Part shown: one piece after another, positions 1-11,093 of the stretch
How the letters are laid out: every line of letters starts with the position of its first letter
Position numbering within the stretch: the stretch's first letter is position 1
Assembly: GCA_051313645.2 (NCBI GenBank)
Contig: JBNRSN020000028.1
Coordinates: 9,982,001 to 10,046,000 of the forward strand
DNA length: 64,000 nt
Reading direction: 5' to 3'
Origin: Centroscyllium fabricii
Lineage: Eukaryota
The notes under the pieces: generated by a model
The model's database searches: none
Told to the model about the DNA's origin: nothing
What the model saw: only the letters and a program-made list of their open reading frames with translations
Position numbers and translations under genes: made by a program

Positions 1-138
1 GTTGTCACTCCACTCTGCGAGTTAGAAGTTACGAGATGGATCTCCACTCTATACTGAAAACGTGTAGTGCAAGTTGATAGTCCAGCGAGGTACTGAGGGA
101 GCGTTCCACTTTTACAATTAGTTGGGAACCATTTGCGG

Positions 139-382
139 AAAGATGTGTGGGTTAGGTTGATTGGCCATGATAAATTGACCCTTAGTGTTAGGGGGATTGA
201 ATATGTGGGGTTACGGGAATAGGGTGGGATATGTGTCGGTGCAGGCTCGATATGGATATGGGGAGAGGGTAGGGACGGGGTGCTGGGTTTGGATGATCAG
301 CCATGATCTCATTGAATGGCGGAGCAGGCTCGAAGGGCCGAATGGCCTACTCCTGCTCCTAGTTTCTATGTTTCTATGTTTC
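139..382 (+). mobile_element. HE1-like SINE, 5'-truncated
   Basis: Matches the 3' half of the full copies; CR1-type tail ending (tttctatg)n. Confidence 0.85.
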
Positions 383-660
383 GATTTGGTGAGTCCTGTG
401 CACGGATGTATAACTGGTAGTCTTACCTGTTTAAGGCATAATAAATATGTCTGGCTTGGGTTATAAGCAGAATACATTTTTAAAAATATACAGTCACATA
501 AGCCTAATAATTAGCAATGGTTAATTAAAATGGGTTGTGCAGATAGTTTCATAATAATGAGAATGAGTGATACCAAGTATTCAAATATAACCCCCAGACA
601 GAGCAGCAATCTCCTAAAGTTAGTCTGAAGGGAGTTTTTGCTAAAGAGCGCATTGCTGTG

Positions 661-723
661 TGAATGCTGGTGGTAACTATAAGCTGCTCTTTGGAAAAGG
701 GACAACGTTAACGGTGGAGCCAA
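661..723 (+). CDS. TRAJ: J1, family A: NAGGNYKLLFGKGTTLTVEP
   Basis: Nonamer agtttttgc 633-641, 12-bp spacer, heptamer tgctgtg 654-660, donor gtaggt at 724. Confidence 0.92.
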
Positions 724-885
724 GTAGGTATTCATGAATGACTATTTACTTACAAATATGTGTGCGTTCTCTATACTGCCCACACTGTATCAAATCATTT
801 CGCTATACGATCAATTAATCCTGAATATTGGAACATTTATGCAGCTTCTTATTGGAGTATGGATATGATCATTCAGTTATCATGA

Positions 886-1288
886 GGGCAGCACGGTGGC
901 ACAGTGGTTAGCATTGTTGTCTCACAGCACTGGTGACCCGGGTTCAAATCCAGCCTCAGGTACTATCTGTGTGGAGTTTGCACATTTTCCCCGTGTCTGC
1001 GTGGGTTTCCTCCGGGTGCTCCGGTTTCCTCCCACAGTCCAAAGATGTGCGGGTTAGGTTGATTGGCCAGGATAAATTGACCCTTAGTGTTAGGGGGATT
1101 GAATATGTGGGGTTACGGGGATAGGGTGGGATATGTGTCGGTGCAGGCTCGATAGGGATTGAGGGATATGGGGAGAGGGCAGGGGCGTGGTACTGGGTTT
1201 GGATGATCAGCCATGATCTCATTGAATGGCGGAGCAGGATCGAAGGGCCGAATGGCCTACTCCTGCTCCTAGTGTCTATGTTTCTATG
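886..1288 (+). mobile_element. HE1-like tRNA-derived SINE (V-SINE type), full length
   Basis: A box tggcacagtgg, B box ggttcaaatcc, core tctgcgtgggtttcctccgggtgctccggtttcctccc, CR1/HER1-like tail gggccgaatggcctactcctgctcct. Confidence 0.88.
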
Positions 1289-1976
1289 AGTGATGGTTCT
1301 GAGCAGTGCAGTTAATTGTCTGCCCATTAAGCACCTTATTTACCGAAACTGATTATGTTGAACATGATATTGGAGTATGGATATCATAATGCAGGCTTAT
1401 TGCCAGCATTATAATCTTCAATTAAAGACTACAATGCCTACAATCACCTTGAAACGAATTACCAGCTATTGACGTTACCGACAGGACAATAAAGACACAC
1501 GACTGTAATAGAACAACCTAAGCTTTCGTTAATGAACCAACCGACTGGCATTGGGAGAGAAGTGTCAGAAATCCTAGGTTAGCTCAGTTGTTGTCAGCCC
1601 GTCCTTTGAGATGGATCGGTGCGAGCTGCATCACCGCCCCATACATAAAACATGTAATGCAAGTTGATAGTCCAGGGATGAACGGAGGGAGGGTTCCAAT
1701 TTCAGGACAACTTAGGAAGCACTCGGAGAGTTCTGGTGAACAGATATTTAAATGGCAACCTTAGCTTTTTAATGCACCAGGGATAATTCATGCTTCAGGT
1801 ATCAGCAGAATATTTTTTTAAGTCATATGTGCTTAAATAATATCAATATTTATTTAAAATGGTTTGTACAGAAATTTCCATTATAATGGGATTTGGTGAT
1901 AACATGTATTCAGACAGAGCAGCAATGTACAAAAGTTAGTCTGAAGGGGGTTTTTGTCAAAGGCCGCAATGCTGTG

Positions 1977-2039
1977 TGAGTGGTGGAGCTGGAGATAAGC
2001 TTATCTTTGGAAAAGGGACACAGTTAACTGTGGAGCCAA
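1977..2039 (+). CDS. TRAJ: J2, family A: SGGAGDKLIFGKGTQLTVEP
   Basis: 12-RSS with consensus nonamer ggtttttgt; FGKG; donor gtaagt. Confidence 0.92.
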
Positions 2040-2459
2040 GTAAGTATTCATCAAGGACTACTGACTGTGTATTTACTTACATATCTGAGTGTGTTCTCTG
2101 CACTGCCCACAATGTATCAGATCATTTCTCTAAATCCAATTATGCCTGAATATTGTAGCATTTATGCAGCTCCGCATTGGAGTAGGGATATGATAGTTCG
2201 GGGAATAATGACAGATTATGCATTTGTTAATATTTTAACGTGGAATATTGATAATCCATATATATAACGTATAGTTGATTTTGTAGATAGTCAATCTGCT
2301 TGGCATCAGGTGAAGGCTTTCTGCACTGGCGGGTAATGCATTGTGTAAAATCTCAATTTATGATGTGCAAACCAAGTAATCAAACCTAACCGCCAAAAAC
2401 AGCAGGAATGAAGCGAAGTTAGTCTGAGGGGAGTTTTTACTAAAGGGAGCAATGCTGTG

Positions 2460-2519
2460 TGAATGATGGAGGTTACAAACTAACATTTGGATCTGGGACC
2501 AAACCAATGGTGCAGCCAA
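2460..2519 (+). CDS. TRAJ: J3, family B (chimeric type): NDGGYKLTFGSGTKPMVQP
   Basis: 12-RSS (nonamer agtttttac); FGSG; donor gtaaga; L->P in the G strand. Confidence 0.85.
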
Positions 2520-3215
2520 GTAAGAGAAGTTTAATTCTGTATTTTCTATTGTGATGATCACAGTCAAAATATTGTTATGTTAATAAGCATCACCAGCTCG
2601 TTATGATTAAAGGTAACTATTAGCAAAAACTGAACAGGCTGGGGTTCAGTTTTCTGGGAAAGGGAAGGCTGAAGGGTGATTAATAGAGGTCATCAACATT
2701 ATGAAGGGGTTAGAGTTATGGAACATCTTTCCACTTGTTGGGGAGACCAAAACTAGGCCTCACCTGTATAACATATTCCTTAATAAATTCAATGAAGAAT
2801 TCAGGAAAAAGTTATTTACCCAGAGAGTGCTTAGAATGTGGAACTCGCTACTACATGGAGTAGTTGATGGGACTAACATAGATGCACTTAACATAAACAC
2901 ATGAGGGGGATAGGAATAGGAGGATCTGCAGAGTGGGTTAGAAAAAGAAGGGAGGGAGGAGGCTTGTATGGAGCATAACCCCGGGCACAGAACACTTGGG
3001 CTTAATGGCCTGATTCTGCGCTGTAAATTCGATGTAATTCAATGTAAAAGTTATTTGTTATGGAAGATATTAACTCTTTGCTCATCATAAATTCAAAGGG
3101 AAAAATAAAAGTTCCTAAACTCATAAAACGGATGGTTCTTTAACAGATAACAAGTGATGCAATGTCTGCGAATGTCTGGCTGGGGAAGGTTTTAGTATGA
3201 GTATATCAGGCTGTG

Positions 3216-3275
3216 TGAATGTTGCTAATACTAAGCTTAGCTTTGGATCTGGGACCAGGCTCAATGTTATACCAA
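3216..3275 (+). CDS. TRAJ: J4, family C: NVANTKLSFGSGTRLNVIP
   Basis: ggttttagt-12-ggctgtg; FGSG; donor gtaagt. Confidence 0.9.
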
Positions 3276-3350
3276 GTAAGTGAGATGTTGAAAGATGTCT
3301 CTTTTATGTGTTAGAGCAAGTCAACAAATTAATTAAAATGTGGATCAAAG

Positions 3351-3643
3351 AATAATAATAATAATACAACTTTTATTGTCATTATACAATGTACAAGTAC
3401 ATGAGCAACGAAATGTGATCTTGCAAGCTCCCAAGAGTCCAGCAAAGCCGCTGCGCCGGTGCGCGCCGCCATTCCATCTTTCCCTCATTTCGACAATCTT
3501 CAGCCAACCGCCCCTCTCCGGGGCCCTTTTTGTGACCTTCTGCACCTGGTATTCCCTGGTGGTTACCCATCCAAGTACTAACAAGGCCTGGCTCTGTTTA
3601 GCTTCCAAGCCTTGCCACTGGCCCTGTCCCTAGTCCCAGGAAC
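3351..3643 (-). mobile_element. 5S rRNA-derived SINE-like insertion with Rex1/Babar-like tail
   Basis: Minus strand 3537-3610 matches the 3' half of 5S rRNA (ggaagctaa..gttagtacttggatggg..gggaatacc.ggtgc); ends aatgacaataaaagttg(tat)n; absent from paralogous units. Confidence 0.75.
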
Positions 3644-3745
3644 AGTGTCAGAACTGATCATTTTGCTCTGTTGCTGTCAGCCCATCCTTCGAATTGGAAA
3701 GTTGTGAGATGGATCCGCACTCTATACCGAAAACATGTAATGCAA

Positions 3746-4415
3746 GGGTGGCATGGTGGCATAGTGGTTAGCACTGTTGCCTTCGTCCAAAGATGTGCGG
3801 GTTAGGTTGATTGGCCATGACAAATTGACCCTTAGTGTTAGTTGGATTGAGTGTGTGAGGTTATGGTGATAGGGTGGGATATGTGTTGATGCAGGCTCGA
3901 TAGGGATTGAGGGATGTGGGGAGAGGGCAGGGGCGGGATACTGGGTTTGGATGATCAGCCATGATCTCATTGAATGGCGGAGCAGGCTCGAAGGGCCGAA
4001 TGGCCTACTCCTGCTCCTAGTTTCTATGTTTCGATGTTTCTATGTTTCTTACAGCACTGGAGACCCGGGTTCAAATCCAGCCTCGGGTAACATCTGTGTG
4101 GAGTTTGCACATTCTCCCCGTGTCTGCGTGGGTTTCCTCCGGGTGCTCCGGTTTCCTCCCACAGTCCAGAGATGTGCGGGTTAGGTTGATTGGCCAGGAT
4201 AAATTGACCCTTAGTGTTAGGGGGATTGAATATGTGGGGTTACGGGAATAGGGTGGGATATGTGTCGGTGCAGGCTCGATGGGGATCGAGGGATATGGGG
4301 ACATTGCAGGGACGAGGTGCTGGGTTTGGATGATCAGCCATGATCTCATTGAATGGCGGAGCAGCCTCGAAGGGCCGAATGGCCTACTCCTGCTCCTATC
4401 TTCTATGTTTCTATG
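3746..4415 (+). mobile_element. Two tandem HE1-like SINEs (internally deleted copy followed by a head-truncated copy)
   Basis: Two CR1-type tails, ending near 4045 and 4415. Confidence 0.85.
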
Positions 4416-4736
4416 TAAGGTGATATTCCAGTGCAGTACTGAGGGAGGCTTCCACTTTCAAAACTAATTGTTAAGATATCAGCGAGTTCTGCTGATCTGA
4501 TATATAAATGCTTCATAATGCACAAGAAATAATTCATGTTTGGGTTATAACCAGAGTAAAAATGTTAAATGGACATGTATGCCTAATAATTATCAATGTC
4601 CATTTAAAATGGTTTGTCGAGAAAGTTTCACAATAATGGGATGGAGTGATCCCAGGTATTCAAATATAACCGCCAGACAGAGCAATGCACTAAAGCTAGC
4701 ATGGAGGGAGTTTTTGTTAAAGGGGGCAACGCTGTG

Positions 4737-4799
4737 TGAATACTGGAGCTAGCGATAAGCTTATATTTGGAAAAGGGACAAAGTTAACCGTGGAGCCAA
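4737..4799 (+). CDS. TRAJ: J5, family A: NTGASDKLIFGKGTKLTVEP
   Basis: 12-RSS, FGKG, GT donor. Confidence 0.92.
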
Positions 4800-5678
4800 G
4801 TAGGTATTCAATAATAACTATAGACTGTCTATTTACATACATATATGTGTGTGTTCTCTGGACTGCCTACAATGCATCAAAGAATTTCTCTAAATGTTCA
4901 ATTACTCCTAAATAGTGGAACTTTTATCATTACTTATTGGAGTATGGATGTGATAATTCAGTTATCATGAGTGATGGTTCTGATCAGTGCAGTTAAGTTT
5001 CTGCCATTATGCACCTTATTAACCTAAATTGATTGTCTGAATTGAACATGATATTGGAGTATGGATATCATAATTCAGGATTATTGCCAGCATTATACCC
5101 TTCAATTAAAGACTATAATGCTCACAGTAATCTTGAAACTGATTGCCATCTATTGACGTTAACGAGAGGACAATAAAGACACACGACTGTAATAGAACAA
5201 CCTAAGCTGTCATTATTGAACCTACTGATTGACATTGGCAGGGAAAGGTGTCAGAATTCCTAGGCTTGCTGTGCTGTTGTCACTCCATTCTTTGAGTTAG
5301 AAAGTTGTGAAATGGATCCTCACTCCACACCGAAAACTGTAATGCAAGCTTATAGCCCAGCGAGGTACTGAGGGAATGTTCCACTTTTAGAAGTACTTGG
5401 GAACTATTCGGAGAGTTCTGGTGATCTGATATATAAGTGGTAGACTCAGCTTTTTAATGCACAATAAATAATTTATGCTTGGGTTACAAACAGAATAGCA
5501 TGGTTAAAACGTTATTTATGCATAATAATTATCAATGGTTATTTAACATGGTTTGTACAGATAGTTTCACAGTAATGGGATTGAGTGATCCCAGGTATTC
5601 AAATATAACCGCCAGACAGAGCAGGAATGTATTAAAGTTAGTCTGAAGGGAGTTTTTGCTAAAGGGGGAAGTGCTGTG

Positions 5679-5741
5679 TGACTGGTGGAAATCTCAACAA
5701 GCTTATCTTTGGAAAGGGAACAAAGGTAACTGTGGAACCAA
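5679..5741 (+). CDS. TRAJ: J6, family A: TGGNLNKLIFGKGTKVTVEP
   Basis: 12-RSS, FGKG, GT donor. Confidence 0.92.
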
Positions 5742-6033
5742 GTAGGTATTCATTAATAACTACAGTCTGTCTATTTAATTAAATATGTGTGTGTTCACTG
5801 CACACAATGCATCAAATCAATTCTCTAAATGTTCAATTAATCCTGAATATTGGGACATTTATACAGCTGCTTATAGGACTATGGATATGATAATTCAGGC
5901 AAAAATGGGCATTTGTATGTAATATAACGTGGAATAATGTTAAAGCATATATATAATATACAGTGGATTTTGTAGATAGTCAATTGGCCTGACATCGGGT
6001 AAAATGGTTTATGCACTGGTATGTAATGCTGTG

Positions 6034-6090
6034 TAAGTAATCTCGATAAACTAACATTTGGATCTGGGACCAAACTAATGGTGCAGCCTA
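6034..6090 (+). CDS. TRAJ: J7, family B (native RSS type): SNLDKLTFGSGTKLMVQP
   Basis: ggtttatgc-12-tgctgtg; FGSG; donor gtaagt. Confidence 0.9.
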
Positions 6091-6337
6091 GTAAGTGAAG
6101 TTTAATTCTATATATTTATTATTGTGATGATCAGAGTCAAAATATTGCTTTGTTAATAAGTTTCGTCAGTTGGTTATAATTAAAGGTAGCTATCAGCAAA
6201 GACTGAACAGGCTGGGGATAATTTCTTTCGGAAAGACATGGCTGAAGGGTGATTAATAGAGGTCTTCAACATGATGAAGGGCTTAGACTTATAGAAGGTC
6301 TTTCCACTTGCTGGGGAGACCAAAACTAGGGCTCATC

Positions 6338-6712
6338 TGTGGCGCAGTGGTTAGCACTGCTGCCTAGCAATAAGGAGCTCCTGGGTTCGAATCCTGCTTT
6401 GTCCCGGGGACCTCTCTGCGTGGAGTTGGCATGTTCTCCCCGTGTGCGTGTGGGTTTCCTCCGGGTACTCCGGTTTCCTCCGGGTACTCCGGTTTCCTCA
6501 CCCAAAGACATGCAGGTTAGGTGAATTGAAGATACTAAAAAAAAAATGCCCATGAGTATGTGTGTGAGATATAGTTCTTAGATTTGGGGGAGATATGGGC
6601 TAGGGTAGGGTAAGAGGGGGGTGCTGGGTTTGGGTGATCAGCCAAGATCTCATCCAAAATGGCGAAGCAGGCTCGAAGGGCCCAATGGCCTACTCCTGTT
6701 TCTGCGTTTCTG
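6338..6712 (+). mobile_element. tRNA-derived V-SINE, second subfamily
   Basis: tggcgcagtggttagc...ggttcgaatcc head, V core with a small internal duplication, CR1-like tail. Confidence 0.8.
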
Positions 6713-6869
6713 TAATAAATCCAATAAAGAATTCAGAAGGAAGTTATTTATCCAGAGAGTGCTTAGAAAGTGGAGCTCGCTACTTCATGGAGTAGTTGAT
6801 GACAATAGCATAGATACATATAAGATAAGAACATAAGAGAGAAAGGATCAGACGGATCTGCAGAGAAGG

Positions 6870-7338
6870 TTTTTTTAATCCATTGATGAGATTTGGGCGT
6901 CGCTAGCTGGCTAGGCCTGCATTTAGTGCCCATTCCTAATTGCCCTTGAGAAGATGGTGGTGAGCCGCCATCTTGAACCGCTGCAGTCCATATGGTGTAG
7001 GTACACCCACAATATTGAGCTAGGCCATTTCAGAGGGCATTAATAGTCAACCACATTGCTGTGGGTCTGGAGTCACATGTAGGCCAGACCAGGTAAGGAC
7101 GGCAGATTTCCTTCCCTAAAGGACATTAGTGAACCAGATGGGTTTTTGCAACAATTGACAATGGTATCATGGTCGCCATTACTAAGACTAACATTTAATT
7201 CCAGAATTAAATTGAATTGAATTTAAATTCCACCAGCTGTCGTGGTGTGATTTGAACACATATCGTCAGAGCATTTGACTGAGCCTCTGGCTTACTAGTC
7301 TAGTGACATAACCACGACGCCACCGCCACCGGCTCCCC
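6870..7338 (-). mobile_element. Unrelated tRNA-derived SINE-like insertion
   Basis: Minus strand starts ggtggcgtcgtggttatgtcactagactag...gttcaaatc and ends in an A run; absent from paralogous cassettes. Confidence 0.7.
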
Positions 7339-7601
7339 CTAAAGTAGGGGGGGAAGGGACTTGTGCGGAGCATAAATCCGGGCACAGACCAGTTGGGCCG
7401 AATGGGTTGTTTCTGTGCTGCCAATTCTATGTAAGCTGTGTAAAACTGGTTTGATATGGAAGATATTAACTGTTTGCACATCATGAAGTCAACGGGAAAG
7501 AGAAAAGTTCACAAACTCAAACAACGGAAAGTTCTTTAACCAATAACAAATCATGTACTCTCTGGCTGGGGAAGGTTTTAGGGTCAGTATATCAGGCTGT
7601 G

Positions 7602-7661
7602 TGCATCTTGCTGTTAAGAAACTGGTCTTTAGATCTGGGACCAGGCTCAATGTTATACCAA
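7602..7661 (+). CDS. TRAJ: J8, family C with altered motif (FRSG): HLAVKKLVFRSGTRLNVIP
   Basis: ggttttagg-12-ggctgtg; first Gly of FGxG is Arg; donor intact; may be non-functional. Confidence 0.8.
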
Positions 7662-8180
7662 GTAAGTGAACTGTTTAAGGATGTTTGTTTTATGTGTTAG
7701 AGCATAACAGAGAAGCAGGTCAATAAAGTAATTGAAATAAGAATCAAATGGAGTAAAGTGACAGCAATTATAACTTTGCTCTGTTGCTGTCAGCCGATCC
7801 TTGAGTTAGAAAGTAGTGAGCTGGATCCTCACTCTATACCGAAAACATGCAATGCAAGGTGGTAGTCCAGCGCAGTACTGATGGAGGTTTACATTTCCAG
7901 AACTACTTGGGAAGCCTTGAGGGAGTTCTGGTGAACTGATATATAAATGGTAGCCATAGAGTATTAATGTAAAAAGTAAGTTCTGCTTGAGTGATAAACA
8001 TAATATATATTTAAAACAGAGATACCCAATAAATAACAATGGCCATTTGAAAACGGTTTCTGCAGATAGCCTCACAATTATGTTATTGAGTGATACCAGG
8101 TAGAATATAACCGCCAGAAAGATCAGCAATGAACTAAAGTTAGTCTGAAGGGAGTTTTTGCTAAAGGGTGCAATGCTGTG

Positions 8181-8243
8181 TGAATGTTGGAGCTATCAAC
8201 AAGCTTACCTTTGGAAAAGGGACAACGTTAACTGTTGAGCCAA
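8181..8243 (+). CDS. TRAJ: J9, family A: NVGAINKLTFGKGTTLTVEP
   Basis: 12-RSS, FGKG, GT donor. Confidence 0.92.
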
Positions 8244-8663
8244 GTAGGTATTCAGTAGTAACTACAGGCTGTCTATGTACTTACATATATGTGTATGATC
8301 CCTGCACTGCTAACACTGTATTAAATAATTTCTCTAAATGTTCCATTTTGACTGACTATTGGAACATTTATGCCGCGTCCTGTTGGAGTAGGGATATGAT
8401 AGTTCGGGAATAATGCAAGATTAGAAGTATGTTTCCAGTTTACCTGGAATATTGATAGTGCATATATATAACGTACAGTTGATTTCGTTGATAGTCAATC
8501 TGCTTGGAATCAGGTAAAGGGTTTCTGCACGGGCATGCAATGCGTTGTGCATAATCACAATTTATGCTGTACAAAACAAGTATTCAAACATAACGACCAG
8601 GCAGAGCAGGAATGGACTAAAGTTAGTCTGAAGGGAGTTTTTGCTAAAGGCTGCAATGCTGTG

Positions 8664-8723
8664 TGAATGTTGGAAGCTTCAAACTAACATTTGGACCTGG
8701 GACCAAACTAATGGTGCAACCAA
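8664..8723 (+). CDS. TRAJ: J10, family B (chimeric): NVGSFKLTFGPGTKLMVQP
   Basis: A-type 12-RSS, FGPG, GT donor. Confidence 0.9.
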
Positions 8724-8819
8724 GTAAGTGAAATTTAATTCTGCATTTGTCCATTATGTTGATCACAGGCAAAACCATTGTTTTGTTAATAAGTACTATC
8801 AGTTCGTTACAATTAAATG

Positions 8820-9240
8820 TAACTATCAGCATAGACTGAACAGGCTGGGGATCAGTTCTCTGGGAAAGAGAAGTTTGAAGGGTGATTAATGAAGGTCTTC
8901 AACATTATGAAGGGGTTAGACTTAGAGAAGATCGCTCCAGTTGTTGGGGAGACAAAAACTAGGGCTTCTCTGTATGATATAGTCATTAATAAATCAAATA
9001 ACGAATTCAGGAGAAAGTTATTTAACCAGAGAGTGCTTAGAATGTGGAACTCGCTACGATATGGAGTACTTGATGGGAATAGCATAGATGCATTTAAGAT
9101 AAGCACATGAGGGGGAAAGGATTAGAAGGATCTGCAGAAAGGGTTTGATAAAGTAGGGAGGGAGGAAGCTTGTGTGGAGCATAATCCCGGGCACACACCA
9201 GTTGGGCCGAATGGATTGTTTCTGTGCTGCCAATTCTATG
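8820..9240 (+). mobile_element. Decayed CR1/HER1-like LINE 3' fragment; representative of the copy present after every family B segment (16 copies)
   Basis: Degenerate translation such as KVFNIMKGLD..FRRKLFNQRVLRMWNSL resembles the CR1 ORF2 C-terminus; tail gggccgaatgg..tttctgtgctg. Confidence 0.8.
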
Positions 9241-9423
9241 TAATTTTATGTAAAGGTTATTTGGTATGGAAGATATTAACTCTTTGCACATCATAAATTC
9301 AAAAAGGGAAAGAAAAAAGTTCCAAAACTCAAAAAACTGGTGTTTCTTTAAGAAATAAGAAGTGATGTAATATCTGGGAATGGCTGGCTGGGGAAGGTTT
9401 TAGTATCAGTATATCAGGCTGTG

Positions 9424-9483
9424 TGAATCTTGCCAATGATAAGCTGCTCTTTGGATCTGGGACCAGGCTCAATGTTATACCAA
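9424..9483 (+). CDS. TRAJ: J11, family C: NLANDKLLFGSGTRLNVIP
   Basis: C-type 12-RSS, FGSG, GT donor. Confidence 0.92.
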
Positions 9484-9595
9484 GTAAGTGAGATGTTTAA
9501 GGATGTCTGTTTTATGTGTTAGAGCATAAAAGAGAAGAAAGTTAACAAATTAATTAAAATGTGGATCAAATGGAGAAAAGTGTCAGAAATCATAA

Positions 9596-9725
9596 CTTTG
9601 CTCTGTTGCTGTCAGTCCATCCTTGGAGTTAGAAAGTAGTGAGATGGATCCTCACTCTATACTGAAAACATGTAATGCAAGGCGATAGTCCAGCGCAGTA
9701 CTGAGGGAGGGTTACATTTTCAAGA
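9596..9725 (+). mobile_element. Decayed SINE head resembling a Deu-domain (SacSINE1-like) element; representative copy, found upstream of most family A segments
   Basis: gagttagaaag-ttgtg...cactc...ccagcgcagtactgagggag; resemblance recalled from memory, not aligned. Confidence 0.5.
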
Positions 9726-10003
9726 AGAACTACTTGGGAATCAATCGGAGATTTCTGCTGAACTGATACATAAATGGTAGCCTTTGTGCATTAATGAAAA
9801 AGGTACGCTTACCCTTGAGTGGTGAACAGAAAATATTTTTAAAAATCAGAGATACCTAATAAATAGCAATGGGCATTTGAAAACGGTTTCTGCAGATAGC
9901 ATCACAATTATTGCACTGAGTGATCCCAAGTGTTCAAATATAACCGCCAGAAAGAGCAGCAATATATTAAAATCAGTCTGAAGGGAGTTTTTGTTAAAGG
10001 GGG

Positions 10004-10066
10004 TGAATGATGGAGGGTTCAGTAAACTTATCTTTGCAAAAGGCACAAAGTTAACTGTGGAGCCAA
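10004..10066 (+). pseudogene. TRAJ: J12, family A pseudo-segment: NDGGFSKLIFAKGTKLTVEP
   Basis: About 10 bp deleted between nonamer and coding start, removing the heptamer; FGKG changed to FAKG. Confidence 0.85.
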
Positions 10067-10381
10067 GTAGGTATTCATTACTAACTATAGACTGTTTACT
10101 TACTGACATGTGTGAGTGTGTTCTATCAACTGTCCACAAACGTTTTCTCTATATGATCAATTAGTCCTGAATATTAGAACATTTTTGGCGCTTATTATTG
10201 CTGTATAGATATGATAATGCAGGTATCATGAGTGATGTTGGATTAACGCAAGAATATGCACTAGTTAATAATTAACCTAGAATACTGATAATGCCTAAAT
10301 ATAACAAGCAGTTCATTTCATAGATAGTCAACGTGGTTGGCATCAGGTAAAAGGGTTTAGGCACTGGGATGTAAGGCTGTG

Positions 10382-10438
10382 TGAATAATCTCAATAAACT
10401 TACATTTGGATCTGGGACCAGACTAATTGTGCAGCCAA
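10382..10438 (+). CDS. TRAJ: J13, family B (native): NNLNKLTFGSGTRLIVQP
   Basis: ggtttaggc-12-ggctgtg; FGSG; GT donor. Confidence 0.88.
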
Positions 10439-10696
10439 GTAAGAGAAGTTTAATTCTATATTTTCTGTCATGATTATCACACTTAAAACATTGTTTTGTG
10501 AATAAGTATCGTCAGTTCGTTACGATTGAAGGTAACTAACTATCAGCAAAGACTGAACCGGCTGGGGATCGGTTCTCTCGGAAAGACTAGGGCTGAAGGG
10601 TGATTAATAGAGGTTTTGAACATTGTGTTGGGGTTAGACTTATGGAAGAGCTTTCCACTTGTTGGGGAGACCAAAACTAGTGCTCCTCTGTGTGAG

Positions 10697-11093
10697 AGCA
10701 AAATACTGCGGAGGCTAGAAATCGGAAATAACATAGAAACATAGAAACATAGAAGATAGGAGCAGAAGTCGGCCATTCGGCCCTTCGAGCCTGCTCCGCC
10801 ATTCAATGAGATCATGGCTGATCATCCAAACCCAGTACCCTGCCCCTGCCCTCTCCCCACATCCCACGATCCCTATCGAGCCTGCACCGACCCATATCCC
10901 ACCTTATCCCCATAACCCCACATATTCAATCCCCCTAACACTAAGGGTCAATTTATAGTGGCCAATCAACCTAACCCGCAGGCCAGGCAGCATCCGTGGA
11001 GAGAGAAACAGAGTTAAGGTTGCAGGTCGAAACCCTTCTTCAGAACTGAAACAAAAGCAGGAAATTAAACAGATTCAAAAGCAAGTTTGAGGG
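10697..11093. mobile_element. Penelope-like terminal fragment interrupted by a minus-strand HE1-like SINE (10731-10980)
   Basis: aaaatactgcggaggctagaaat...caggcagcatccgtggagagagaaacag resembles the element at 55.4 kb. Confidence 0.6.

Noticed and set aside
568-585. ccaagtattc about 55 bp upstream of A-type RSSs as a relic J 3' end
   Set aside because: The match is too short, and there is no FGxG or RSS remnant upstream in family A units
678-690. AGCT (AID hotspot) in most J segments as an adaptation for hypermutation
   Set aside because: Explained by Lys-Leu codons inherited from the founders; enrichment cannot be judged without a null model
886-960. tRNA genes
   Set aside because: The A/B boxes are SINE heads continuing into SINE body and tail
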